DNA from: Octopus sinensis
Lineage: Eukaryota
Direction: 5' to 3'
DNA length: 64,000 nt
NCBI RefSeq assembly: GCF_006345805.1
Contig: NC_043000.1
Span: forward strand, 88,040,001 to 88,104,000
Positions 24,951 through 38,616 of the stretch are shown in pieces. The position numbers and the translations under genes are program-made. The notes beneath the pieces were generated by a model. That model was not told the origin of the DNA. It did not search any database and saw only the letters and a program-made list of their open reading frames with translations. Positions within the stretch are counted from its first letter, which is position 1, and each line of letters starts with the position of its first letter.

Positions 24951-26077
24951 CAGGGTGGATGGAAAGTAACTTGATATTAGAAATTGTTTATAGAAATTTT
25001 AGTATCACTGAAGTCATGATGAAAACATGTTTTAAACAGACAACACTAATGGGGATTTCTTTTAGTTTCTTATTGTCTTATTCCTTATTTCTTATTTTCC
25101 AGATGACCGGTCGCTTGACTGTTCAGGAGCGAGCTGATATAGTAGCATGCTATGAAGTGTGGAATTCCATTGTTTTGGTTCAGAGATGATGGCGCGCATG
25201 GAAAGGTAAGCATGCAACGCTATGTCCGGAGACAATAAAACGTTGTCATGCAAAGTTGATGACCACGGGCTCTGTGGACGATGCAAGACGCGGCCACATC
25301 CAGATCAGCGGAGAATGTAGCAACAGTGCAGGAAATGTTTAATCGCAGCCCGCAAAATTCAACACCTCGAACAGCTCGTGAAAGTAGACTAACAAGATAC
25401 ACAATACGTACTGTGTTGCATAAAGAATTGAATTTTCATCCGTAGAAACCCTATTACCCTATAAGGTGGCGAGCTGGCAGAAACGTTATCACGCCGGGCG
25501 AAATGCTTATCTGTATTTCGTCTGCCGCTACGTTCTGAGTTCAAATTTCGCCGAGGTCAACTTTGCCTTTCATCCTTTCAGAATCGATAAATTAAATACC
25601 AGTTACGCACTGGGGTCGATATAATCGACTTAATCCGTTTGTCTGTCTTTGTTTGTTGCCTCTACGTTTAGCCCCTTGTGGGCAATAAAGAAATAAGAAA
25701 CCCTATTACGTGCAGGATTTAAAGCCCGAAGACTGTGAACGTAGAAGTCCAGATTTCATTCCATGTGATTTTTACTTGTGAGGCTACACAAAAGAGGAGG
25801 AGTAAAAGACAAAACCTCACACACTGGAGGACTTGGAGGCACAGATTCAAGAGGTCTTCGTTGATATCCCAGACGACTTCCTTCAGAGGGTTGTTTATTC
25901 CATCCCTGGCCATTTGAGGAAATTGAATGACGCCACCGGTGCTAACGTTGAAATACGAAGATTTACTTTCATTTTCACATGTAATAAAGAACATGTATCA
26001 TTTGTTTCAATGAATTTGTAAAAGTAACATGGATTTTATTACCAATTTTAATGCCTACTTGCTTTTCACTCACCCTG
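24951..26077 (+). mobile_element. Internally deleted Tc1/mariner-superfamily element (DUF4817-type N-terminus) with CAGGGTG TIRs and TA TSD
   Basis: TA|CAGGGTGGATGGAAAG ... CTTTTCACTCACCCTG|TA. Transposase remnants MTGRLTVQERADIVACYEVWNS..., KPYY|VQDLKPED, SPDFIPCDFYL*GY, TLEDLEAQIQE. Confidence 0.9.
25458..25695 (+). mobile_element. Full-length SINE family B with 14-bp TSD
   Basis: TSD AGAAACCCTATTAC at 25444-25457 and 25696-25709. Has a tRNA-like head and a Nin/Deu-like central block. Confidence 0.9.
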
Positions 26078-26389
26078 TATACCATGAAGATTAAGTTGAG
26101 TGGGATTTCAAGTTAATCCTATCGGCTTGTTCAACCAGACTGAACTTAGCGGTAGAACATTTATAGTTAGCATTAAAATACGTAAAAGACTTAAAGAGCA
26201 AAATAGCCCCATGATAAATAAGTCGCCAGACGAAACTGGAAATGTCAGTCAATTTGATCTTCACAATAAATGTGACTCTATTCTCAGTATAGAGTCACCA
26301 GTAAGTAAGTATTCCATTATTATTCTTAAATGTGCTTAAAATAATAGCCTTGTTTCAACACACACACACACACACACGCACACACACAC

Positions 26390-26428
<39 letters not shown>

Positions 26429-26438
26429 ACACACACAC

Positions 26439-26491
<53 letters not shown>

Positions 26492-26992
26492 TAAATCCAA
26501 GTCTTGATTGAAAAGTTAATGTCGTGAATGCGGGGTAAGTATATATAAATTTAATTGCAACTGTTGTACTTCAATTGTAATCAAATTTATGTTATCGGTC
26601 TTTTATAGTTCCCAGTCGTCCAATTCTTCTCAAATGACATCGGGCAGCTCGAGACAGTAGTTACAGCCGATCGAATCACGTAATTGCAAAGCGAACTTCT
26701 AAGCCTTACCTGTAAATGATTCTGATTGATGTACTTAGTTATGTTCGCAAGCAGCAGCAGCAGTAACAGCAACCGGAGCTGCAGCAATTACAGCAATAAC
26801 ATCAATTGCAATAAAACATCAAAACATTCACAAAGATTAAAAAAAAGTCTTTAAATATACTTTATTATTCATTCTACTGCATCACGATTCTTTTTTATAA
26901 TGCCATTTTCAATGCTTTCTAATTACAATGTGATAACTAGATCAAGGTTATATATAGTATTTATGTAACAGTTCAATGGTTTATTGACAAGT

Positions 26993-27177
26993 TCATACAG
27001 TCCTTTGCACTTGAAATAATGATTTTATACTTCGTCCAATATATTTCTCATTGGAACGTTTAAGTTTCAAGTTGATGATGGATAAGGCTGCAAAAATGGC
27101 GCAGCCACTGATTATCAGAGCTAGTAAAACGCCCAGCAATTCATCAATTCCTTGTGATCGAAATTCAAACATCGTTT
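26993..27177 (-). CDS. Candidate host exon encoding a single transmembrane helix and a short basic cytoplasmic tail
   Basis: Acceptor TTTTTCCTTTCTTTATTTACAG| is followed by a phase-1 frame xTMFEFRSQGIDE-LLGVLLALIISGCAIFAALSII-NLKLKRSNEKYIGRSIKSLFQVQRTV*. AATAAA lies ~8 nt after the stop, and there is no repeat similarity. The product family is not recognised. Confidence 0.5.
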
Positions 27178-28080
27178 CTGTAAATAAAGAAAGGAAAAAT
27201 AATACAGCAAAAAGAAATACTTCCGAATAATAAGTTTAACGATTTCTCACATTTCGATGCGTTTTGATCTTGGTTCTGTCGAGTGAAAACAATGAATCGG
27301 GAAAAAGCTCATAATTTTCCATATTTAATTAAATAAAACAAGATTTACACACACGCACATGCACACATGCACACACACATATCTATTATGTATATATATA
27401 ACCTTACAGGATTACATTTTCATCCAGGGGAGGCCAACATGTTGATTAAGACAGTTGGGTATTGGTCTAAAATGTATATTTTAGTAATGTAAATTTACGT
27501 CTCAAGTACTGATAAACAAAGTATAAAAACCAGCGGAAACCATGTGCATTCTGAGCTCAAAACCTGCCATTGTAAACTTTTCTTTTCCGGTAACACACAT
27601 ATTTGATACTCGTCATTACATCTCTGCTCTGGACTAATTAGGAGATGCTTTTTAATATTAGATCAATAGAGATGGTTGGTATAAGCTTCGTTTTCAATTT
27701 CCAGGTGAAACTAACTCGCATGACGTACGCCCCTTATACACTGGGAAAAAAGCCAGCAGTTAATCGCAAACGAGTACGGTTTGGTAGCATGTACCATGCT
27801 TACAGTAATTATTTTCTTTAGATTACTATGTTGTTGCAAATAAACAGAGACCACCTCACAATTCTTCGATTTTTTGACCCAGTGGTACATTCACGATGTG
27901 ACAGTTGGGAACAGGGAGAGAAAGAGAGAGTGTGAGAGAGAGAGAGAAAGGGAGGAAAGGAGAGAGTGAGAGAAAGTGAGAGAGAGGAAGAGAAAGTGTG
28001 TATTGCACCATTATTCACCTGGTAGTAATTTTCAGCTGAATAATATAGAGCAGCGTTAAATGAAGAGCACATGTCAAGGA

Positions 28081-28724
28081 AGAGCCAATTACAATCGAAG
28101 GGGCACCTGTGGAGGACGTTAGTGAGTTTGTCTATCTTGGCAGCAAGTTCAGAAAATCAGGTGGATCAGATGAGGACATCATGGCAAGAAGGCTTGGCAA
28201 GCCTTCGCTTTTCTTCGGCCGGTATGGAAGTCCACTGCCATCTCAACTCGAACTAAAATCAGTTTATTTAGTTCAAACGTAAAATCTGTGCTTTTGTATG
28301 GCTCTGAAACATGGAGAGCCACCTGCAGCAACTACAAGAAGATCCAAACCTTCATCAACAAATGTCTCCGGCAGATCCTTCATCTGATGCGGTTCGACAG
28401 AGTGCCAAACATCGACTTGTGGGAACGGGCCAACCAGGAGCCCATACATGTTCAGATTAGGCGAAGGAAATGGAGATGGATCGAACACACACTACAGAAA
28501 GAACCCTCAAATGTGACACGACAAGCACTTGACTGGAACCCGCAGGGGAAAAGGAAGTGAGGACGCCCGAAGAAGACAAAGAAGTGGAGCAATCTGGACG
28601 AGCTCAGGACCACCGGCCTGACATAGGAAGCAGCCAAGAAACACGCCAATGACCGCAAAAAGTGGAAAACATCTGTTGAGGTCCTGTGCTCTACAAGGAG
28701 CAAAAAGGAATACGAAGAAGAAGA
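28081..28724 (+). mobile_element. 5'-truncated RTE-clade LINE with (GAA)n tail and 10-bp TSD
   Basis: EFVYLGS, VLLYGSETW, FINKCLRQIL, RKWRWIEHTL, ALDWNPQGKR.GRPK. TSD ATGTCAAGGA at 28071-28080 and 28725-28734. Confidence 0.93.
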
Positions 28725-31166
28725 ATGTCAAGGACACAACTCAGCGTCCGGTCTTGGACATTTGAGCATTCGGCAGTTAAATACTTTATTAGTTCGTTCA
28801 TTTGGTTGTATTAGAATCGTGAAATATTGCAGCAAACTTCCCCATTATTATATGAACGTTCATTTGATTCTAGAGTTGCTTCAAGTATCAATTAGTTGCG
28901 TTTTTATGTGTTATGCTGTTACTTCGCCCATGTCAACTTTGTTCAGGCAGATCTATGATCAAAAGTACTCCATTCGATTCCCCTATGTCTTTTACCAGAC
29001 ATATCTATTTAGAATGACACCAGCCAATGTAGTCATTAGGCATTTAGATATATCCAGAGTCTGTAATGATTTAACAGAGATTTGGTTTATAAGTGGGAAA
29101 GAGATCTAGACCCTGGATTGTCGGCCAGGATGCGTTTTGATGGTTAAATTACTGGTTGTAAAAGCTGGAATTCGGTTCCTCTATCTGCACCACCACTGTG
29201 AAATAAGTCGTCGTAGACAATAGCTTCATGTCCTCAATACGGGAACAGATATGGCTGAAGAGTTGTTGGCGGTTGGAGCTGCTGGAAAAAGGAATGGCGA
29301 AGAGAGATTTTGAGTCAGAGTAACAAAAAGTCCTTTATGATATCCAAGCGTGAGATGAGAGCGTGATACGAGTGGAATCTATACATGTACTTAAAGACGT
29401 TACCTTTCAAAGTGAATGCAGCCAGGAAAACAGTAACGGAGCTAGAGTGAAAGGTGAGAAATTGTGACGCGGTGTAGAACAAGGTCAGTCTTTCTCATCT
29501 TGCTTGGAAGTAATAAGTGGAGTCGAGAGTAGATCTGAGAGTAGATTTTCGGGAAAGTGGAAGGAGATTTTTCCGGTAGATTTAGTGTTATACTTTGATT
29601 GAAATGTGTACAGAGTATCAGCAATCCTGGTAATCATGGTAATTCTTTTCTGAGAGCAGGGACAGAATGCATGCCACATAATGATACATGCTAAATGAAT
29701 CCACGGGCAAGTAGTAGCAACACTCTTGAAGAATATGTCATTAGAATCCATGTTAGGTTTGAAAAATCAAACCCTAAAGAATTATACTTGAAAACCCAGT
29801 GGGCAAATGGGAATAATTTTTGTAAAGCTGAATCACGTTAATAAACAAAACTATAGAATTGAACAAAATAAATGACTCATGTTAATTCAAAGAACAGCTA
29901 TTTCTTTCAATTAGAGTGGTAGTTACTTCTTCAAAGTCCAAGGTCTATAAAACAGTTCTTTAGCAGAACAAAGGATTAACCTAAAGGAACAAACGTCTTT
30001 GACACATATGCATGATATCTGAAAATAATAAATTCAGTGTAGAAGGCAATTTTATTATATTTCATATTTTATGTTGTTTTATCGATTTTTACAGATGGCG
30101 TGTGAAATTTGCACAAAAAAAAATGCTAATCATTTGAAAAAAATCATAAATCTTTGAATAATGAATCCATAATGATACTGTGACGTTTGTTCATTTTGTG
30201 TATAAGATACAAGCTTAAAGGTCTTTACTAGCCTACATTTCGTCCTAAAGTTAAACTGTATTTAGCTTCCTCATTTTCATTCATCAGTAGAAACTAACCA
30301 ACACATACAAATATTAAGGAATAACAATTCTTTTTGTCAATTTATTCAAACATCTTGGGTGTATCCTCCACAGATGTATTTTTACAAATTTTTAACAAGT
30401 TGCCACAAAAATCATCAGATACACCATTTTAATAAAAAATTTCAACAAGAAACGCACGGTATGCGGTGGTTCAATCCATAGTGGTAACTAAAACAAAGGG
30501 GAGTAAACGATTAGCTGCATAATGATACCATTATCACTTGCCTAACTTTATTAGAACCACACCAATGGATGTGCGGAATACAGGAGATTTTTCTGCTGCA
30601 TCCTGTACTGACATAAATCCTGTTCAACCAATAAGTGCCTTCTTTTACTTTCTCCATTGGATGTGGAGAAAGTCAAGGAGACCCACTAGTGTGCAATCAT
30701 TCAAAGGATCGTAAAGAAAAATGTAAGACATGATGATAGTCTTTTTAATTTGTTATTTTTATCTGGAGTAATTATTTTGTGGGATAAAGTGCATATGTCA
30801 TTATTTTATCATTATATTGTTTCAAGAAGAAAAAGAACAGCGTCCATAGCATTTGTAGACGTTTTAAATTAGTTGATTTATGTAAAGAAAACGTGAGCAG
30901 AGAATGGTTTCCGGAAAGTAGAATTTCTGAAGAGGAAGGCCTGGGATAATGTTTAATAAGTGGCACATGAGTAAGATGCATAAGAAGAGGAAAGAAAAAT
31001 ATGTGATCTCACCTTGTGAGTGAATTTGGTCGACGGAAACTGTGGAAACCCAACGTGTATGTGTATGTATGTATGCATGTATGTATGTATGTATGTATGT
31101 ATGTATGTATGTATGTATGTAGTATGTATGTATGTATATATGTATGTATGTATGTGTATATATATA

Positions 31167-31206
<40 letters not shown>

Positions 31207-32969
31207 TGTAACCCTACACTCTTCAATGGTAGCCGTTATGGAATGAAATATGGCAACTAGTCGCGTACGCATACACGCACACTAAATTTTCTTTTTATAC
31301 AACATAACAATATTCTTTATAAACATTCACCCATAATGCCCATGATAAAATTTCCCCTGTATTAATATCCTAGGTTTCTTAGCGCCTTTCCCCTTTAACT
31401 GGTAATTAACATCATGATTTAGAGTCTTTCCCTACCCAGCCTCCTTTTACAAACAGTTACTCTATATCCAATTGACTATTCCTTATGTCTTCTTTCCTCC
31501 CTGAGGACAAGGGATACATATGACAATATTTACGACCATATCTAGCTATGGGCTGTCAACTCACTCATGCTCTTTATTCTAAACAGACACAGTCATCTAG
31601 TCTTAGATTTAGTAGTTGATAAATAGATAAATGAATTAGAAACGAATTACAATCCTTTACAGGCTATGACTACATTGGGCTTCATGCGATTCTTGGAAGT
31701 GTAGTCTATTCTTAGCTACAATAGCGACAACAGGAATTTTTTCCATCTTCTTGCTCTGTTAAAGTATTTGAGAAAATTTATATTAATGTGTCCAACTAGT
31801 TAAAATTCTATTTATTTATTTGTGCAGCTGATGATAACACTGCATTTAAATTGATGTAAAGATGGCGTTGTTCAATTAAATGGAGCCGCTTGAAACTGTC
31901 GTATTGCATGACTGCTTGATATCCTGTTGCTTATTTTGATTTTATTCAACTTACTTCGAGCTGTGCGGATAATACCGGACTGACTTGGCCCTTCAACTTA
32001 AGTACTTAATCCAACTGGATCTCAATTATTTCTGATATATATATATATACGCATACATACATACATATATATATGTATATATATATATATATATATATAC
32101 GCATACATACATACGTACATATATGACCAAAACTGACCAAAACTATATATATACTCGAACGCGTGTGTGCATCTGTGTGCGTATGTCTTTTTGTTTGTGT
32201 TTGTCCCCATGCCACTGATTGACAGCCGGTATTGATTTGTTTATGTACCTGTAACCTAGTGATTCAGCAAAAAATATCGCTAGCATAAGCTCGAAACTTT
32301 TTAAAGAAAGTTTTGGTCAATTTACTCGGCTAAACTCTTGAAGACGGAGCCCTAGTATGGCCACGTCTTATGATAGAAACAAGTAAAAGATAAAGTATAA
32401 AATATAAACGATACAAAGTTTGAAAGCTTAACGACAAGTTGCTTAATAAGTCGAGCGGGTAGAGTTTTCTAGTTGTTGTACCTTGATGTGTATTGTGACT
32501 GTTTTGTAACTGATAAATGGGGATTATATGATCCCCTATTCGCCATATGTCGTGTTCAGCAAGGTTTTTGTTCATTGAAGCAGTTTATGTGAATCTAGTT
32601 TGTGTGCGAACGACTACTGTGAGACAATTTATAGAGAAAATAGATTGTTCTCATTTATACAGGAACGTGTGCATGTGTGAATGTATGTGTTTTTGTGTGA
32701 GCGCTTAGGAACAACGAATAGGGTGATAATAATTGGAAGAGTTTAGTTGACATATACACCATGCAATATATCAGAGAAAGTCTTGTCAATGCAGGACAGC
32801 TTAGAGCTTGACAGAAATTTTCTGATTCAAGTGATGAGAGACAAGTAGAATACAAATGCAAGAAATGCAGCTTTAGATTACTCGCCAAATGTAATGCTTG
32901 TTTATTCACATTATTTTGTGTTAATAATGCATTATCTTGTGGCTTAATGATTTCGATTATATACTCTTT

Positions 32970-33375
32970 TACTCTCTTTTCTCTTTTACTTGTTTCAGTC
33001 ATTTGACTGCGGCCATGCTGGAGCACCGCCTTTAGTCGAGCAACTCGACCCCGGGACTTATTCTTTTGTAAGCCTTGTACTTATTCTATCGGTCTCTTTT
33101 GCCGAACCGCTAAGTAACGGGGACATAAACACATCAGCATCGGTTGTCAAGCAATGCTAGGGGGACAAACACAGACACACAAACACACACACGCATATAT
33201 ATACATATATACGACTGGCTTCTTTCAGTTTCCGTCTACCAAATCCATTTACGAGGCTTTGGTCGGCCCGAAGCTATAGTAGAAGACACTTGCCCAAGGT
33301 GCCACGCAGTGGGACTGAACCGGGAACCATGTGGTTGGCAAACAAGCTACTTACCACACAGCCACTCCTGCGCCT
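32970..33375 (-). mobile_element. Full-length tRNA-derived SINE family A (CORE/V-like central block, internal CA/TA tract)
   Basis: Minus strand has A box GTGGCTGTGTGG, B box GGTTCAGTCCC, ACCTTGGGCAAG block and (AAAAGAG)n tail. Confidence 0.92.
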
Positions 33376-33734
33376 ATGATTATTTATTTCGAAAAAGACA
33401 TTGTAGGGTCGGTGTGAGAAACCGGATCTGGCCATTTTGAACAAAAAAAAGTTAGAGCATTAAGGCGGAATATGGCCACTTTAAATGCTAAAGAGTTAAA
33501 TAACTTATTAAACTCAGCAGAAGATCAAAGCATTACCTTTGAAGAACTTCTCAAGTACAAGAGACCACAGGAAAATGAACAAATAAAAATGTACATACAC
33601 TAATTTGATTTCTTATACAACCATTCATTGATATTTATAACTATTGATTATGGTATCCCAAATGGAGAGAGATGAGAATGTGTGGAGAAAGATGAGAATG
33701 TGTATCTAGTATTTCACGTTCTAGTATTTCCACC

Positions 33735-33855
33735 GAGGTCGACTTTGCCTTTCATAATTTTAGGGTCAATGGAATAAGTACCAGTTGAACGCTGATGTAA
33801 TCGACTTAGACCCTCCCTTGAACTTGCTGAACTTGTGTCAAAATTTGAAATCAAT
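33735..33855 (+). mobile_element. SINE family B 3' part
   Basis: CCGAGGTCGACTTTGCCTTTCAT...AAGTACCAGTT. Confidence 0.75.
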
Positions 33856-34024
33856 ATGTATTTACTGTTATTTCAAAAATAGTATCTTGTCCGTCATATG
33901 ACGGTTAACTTTGGAAGTATATGTTAGCCAGCATGGATATCAGAAAATATGGCATACGTACAATAATTATCAATTAACTTTTATCAAATTTCTTGGCGCT
34001 TATAGAAAATGATGAAATATTCTT

Positions 34025-34232
34025 TTACTCTTTTACTCTTTTACTTGTTTCAGTCATTTGATTGCGGTCATGCTGGAGTACCGCCTTTAGTCGAGCAAAT
34101 CGACCCCAGGACTTATTCTTTGTAAGTCTAGTACTTATTCTATTGGTCTTCTTTTGCCGAACCGCTAAGTTACGGGGACGTAAACACACCAGCATCGATT
34201 GTCAAACACAGACACACAATCATACACACACT

Positions 34233-34270
<38 letters not shown>

Positions 34271-34440
34271 CATATGTACGACGGACTACTTTCAGTTTCC
34301 GTCTACCGAATCCACTCACAAGGCTTTGGGCAGCCCGAGGCTATAGTAGAAGACTCTTGCCCAAGGTGCCACGCAGTGGGACTGAACCTGGAACCATGTG
34401 GTTGGTAAGCAAGCTACTTACCATACAGCCACTCTTGCGC
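34025..34440 (-). mobile_element. Full-length SINE family A
   Basis: Close paralog of 32970-33375. Confidence 0.92.
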
Positions 34441-35017
34441 CTAATGATTACTAGTTTTAAAAAAGAAAAGTATTTATTATCTTTAAATAAAATCATATCA
34501 AATAAACTTCCCATATGCATGTTTGCAATAAATATTTAATATTTTTCTAAATCCTATCAAAGTAATCGCAAGCTACTCCATCGAAAATGTCATTAATATA
34601 AATATACTTTTTCAGGAAGTAACCATTGCCTACCACCAAACCTCGAATAGGCAATCCTCTTGCCCCTCTTACATAACAGTTTATGTATCTCTCTTTTACT
34701 CCATATCTCTACCTCTCTTTATGCATTGTAAAGTATGACTAGAGAACAACGCAACTAACCAGCCAGCCAGCCAACCAACCAATATCTGTATTGGCTCTAT
34801 ATAGGATATCACTTTATAAATCTTTTGTTTACACTTTTCAGCAGAGAGCTTGACAATTGAACTACTGCGATTCGACCGAGTTGGATCTTATCAGTTATCA
34901 CATTGTTCGAATTGCATGTTCTCTCGCTAGATTACATATAATTTATGGACATCATATTTTTATAATTTACTGGTATGTAATTGAGAATCATTTCACACAA
35001 TGGTTTTATATATATAT

Positions 35018-35078
<61 letters not shown>

Positions 35079-35934
35079 CACACAATAATTATGTTACTAC
35101 AATCGCTGGCTAATTGAATTAATCACTTCAGTTGATATCTTTTTCCAGATTAGAAACACATGTTGGTTTTTAACTACGTAATAAGTTTATTCTCTGGTGT
35201 ATTTTAAAGATAGTTTATGCAACAATCAACCGATCCCGCCATTCATGAAATGCATTAAATCACATGACATTCATATAATACGATATAGGACAGAAATATT
35301 GGCATAATTTGAAAACCAAAATTATATTAGAAATCAATATTAATTGGCTGTGAAAATAATAATTTATCTTTTAAACAAGCAATTATTTAAACGGTTTAAA
35401 ACAATAAGTAAATTCCTAAATCGAATTTCGAATCTGCAATGATAATTTCTAATCATTATATATATCTAATGAAGATAATGGTGATGATGTTGAAGATAAT
35501 GACAGGGATAAGTAAGGTAATGATGATGATGGTGATTATGGTAGTAGTGGAGGTGATAATAGTGATGGTGATGATGATGAATTATGTAAAGTTGGAATCG
35601 TCATAAACTTAATGAATATTTTCTGAAAGACGACAAAGTTTCTGTGAAATCATAGCAAAGCAATTTCGATTCCCGGTTGAAGCCATTTTACTTCACTTAC
35701 ATTGCGAGCAAAAAGTTTTATATATATATATCGTTTTCTCTCCATTTTCCCTTTCTCAATCTTTTTTGTCGAAGAGCATAGGCTCGAAACGCTAAAGCCT
35801 TTTCCATTCTTCTCGAGCGTCAAACTAATACACCTGCGTGTTGTTCCTTCACCTGTCTTCGTGTTTTGTTTTCTATAAATTTGAACTACACAGACACACA
35901 GACACACATACACATACACAGACACACACACACA

Positions 35935-36101
35935 AGTGTAGGTATGTTTGTGTGGTTCAGAAACTCACTTTGCAACTACATGGTTTCGGGTTCAGTTCCA
36001 TTGCGCGGCTACTTGGGCAAGTGTTTTCTATATATTCCTGGACCGACCAAAGACTTAAATAGAAACTGTGTGGAAGCATGTCGTACATATACATATGTAT
36101 A

Positions 36102-36150
<49 letters not shown>

Positions 36151-36495
36151 GAAACGAATGCTGCCAGTTTGCTTGAATCCATGTATCGTCACATATATAC
36201 GTATGCATTTATATGTGTATATATATGTGTATACGTACATGTATGCATGTGTGTGTAGGCATGCGTATGCGTGTATGTGTGTATGTGCTGTTTGTGCCTG
36301 TGTTTCTCCATCCACACCATTTGACAACCGATACTACATTGTTTACGTCCTTGTTACTTAACGGTTGGAAGAAAAAGACCGGTAGAATAAGTACCAAAGT
36401 TTTAAAATACGTACAATACTAGATTTGTTGAACTAAACCCTTCAAAGAAGTGCTCCAGCATGGCCATGGTACAGTGGCTGAAAGAAGTAAAAGAA
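35935..36495 (+). mobile_element. Older SINE family A copy with expanded internal TA/TG tract
   Basis: Degenerate head (GGGTTCAGTTCC, CTTGGGCAAGTG) and tail (GTGCTCCAGCATGGCC...GAAGTAAAAGA). Confidence 0.8.
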
Positions 36496-37748
36496 AGGCA
36501 CTTCGCTTCATACAAATTTGATACTCTTGTGATCAGTCATCAGAAAGCATGAAAACATCATTTCTGAAACCTCATCGTCAGAATGTAAGGCAGTATCAAG
36601 TCTTCTTATTCACGATTCATTTTATTCCATTCCTTGCGAAAGGAAATGATTAAGAAAAAGAAAAAGAAAAAAAGTGAAGAAACCCATTTCTTTCTATTCT
36701 ATAGTTCTTAGATCCATGATATTCTGAAAAACAGAAATGAATGTCATATCGCATGACATTTCGTTCGGAGACAAATATGAAGCTAGATTGTTTTTAACAT
36801 CAGCTTTGATAATTCCAACCTAAATCAACTTGATGTATCAATTCAGTCCGTCTCTAACCACACACACACACAATTATGGTGTCTTTTTTCTAGGAAATTC
36901 TATTCTAAATAATTTTCTCTATCCATTCGAGAATGTATAATTCTGAAAACTCTGCTTTTTCTTCAACCATCAAATTGTACGAATTCTAACGGAAAATTCA
37001 CAATAAGAAAAAAACCTCACTAAGCTTCTCCTATTCTTCTGTTTAGGAACGTTCCAAAGAAGGTATCATACATTAATGTATTGATATAAATAAATTGATA
37101 TAAAAAACAGTTTAAATGGTAAATACCTGATGACCTCAGTGCTTTGGTTTACCTATAATAAAGCTGTTTAAAAACAGAGAACCTGATAACCTTTGTAGTA
37201 GAACTGATGAAATTTCGAGGATTAAATACGTCATGCCTTTTCATTATATTAAGCAGATAGCTACTTTAATCACTGAATGAAGTAGCTGCCTGTGATGTTT
37301 TTATGAGATTCGACATTCAACAGAAATGATATTTATGATAAAAGTCACCTTTTATCCTTTATCTTTTATCCTTTTAGGGTCGATAAACAGTCCCAGTTCT
37401 GTATTGGGATCGAGTTTTCTTTTCCTCTCACTTTTTCTGCCTGACTTTTCTCTCTTCTCGAATAAATCGTCTGTGGGCCGTTCTCGAAAGGGATGGGCTA
37501 TGCTAGATCTAAGAACAATACCCAAGACACACTGTATGTCACGACGGCGCTCCTACGATTCCATCAAAGAATTGAGAGCATAAGGCAAAGAGGGCTATTG
37601 TTACACTATAGCCGAGGCTATGAGGAGTGTTATAGAATTGAATCCAAAATTCGGTTTTGATTGTCATTTGACACAATTTCACTTTACCCATACTAGTATA
37701 AACATAATCGCCATGACTGCTAATTTCCTCGTTCCGAGAGAGGGAGGG

Positions 37749-37814
<66 letters not shown>

Positions 37815-38481
37815 AGAGAGAAAGTATATGCATAGTCGACCTATGCAGATAGCAGCTAAATCACTTTCAAATCACACTCAACTGTTTTAAATAAATAAAG
37901 GAGATAATGAAGAATAGAGTTCTAGAAATACAACCAAAAGTTGTGGTAGTCATAACTGGAATGTCTTTTATTAGAGATCCACTCATTCAGAGTTAACATG
38001 CGGATAATCAACAGCCTCAACATTAGCAACAGCAACTACATCAACAAGAACCAAGCTTTGAGCATGCCTCTACATGATCGCTTGGCCTGCAAGAAGTAGC
38101 AGCCTAACTACAATCGATTTTTCTATAGTATCATAAATAACGATAAAATGGATAATATTGTATGAGGTACATCATTCCCAAAATAATACAGTAATACAGG
38201 TTGGTCATGATCTGTTTATCTCTGATCATAGATGACTTAATTACGCCCAACGTGGTATCAAACAATACCAGCTGTCTAGCCCAAAATATCAAAATTGTAT
38301 TCGATGATATATACACCAAAATAGACTATGCCATTCCGTCCTTGTTTTCTTTGTATCGTCTATCTGGATGTTTTGTTGTCTCTTTTTGTATCAACTAGTC
38401 GTCTGGATGTTTTGCGTTCTTGTCCCATTTTGTATTATATATATATTTATGTATGTATGTATATATATATCTATGTATCTA

Positions 38482-38616
<135 letters not shown>

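Noticed and set aside
26587-26787. Signal-peptide-like LLLLLLLL frame ending at CAG|GTAAGG
   Set aside because: The leucines come from a CTG/CAG repeat, and the upstream ATG is followed by an in-frame stop.
28762-29109. 115-aa plus-strand ORF in unique sequence
   Set aside because: TTG start, no motif and no splice support.
30500-32010. Short frames with cadherin-like words (SVQDAAEKSPVF; SGIIRTAR)
   Set aside because: Matches are too short and acceptors weak; no coherent domain can be built.
36560-36600. CTGACGA-stem-GAAA hammerhead-like string on the minus strand (also CTGATGA at ~37206)
   Set aside because: No room for stem III, or no GAAA/stem I pairing.
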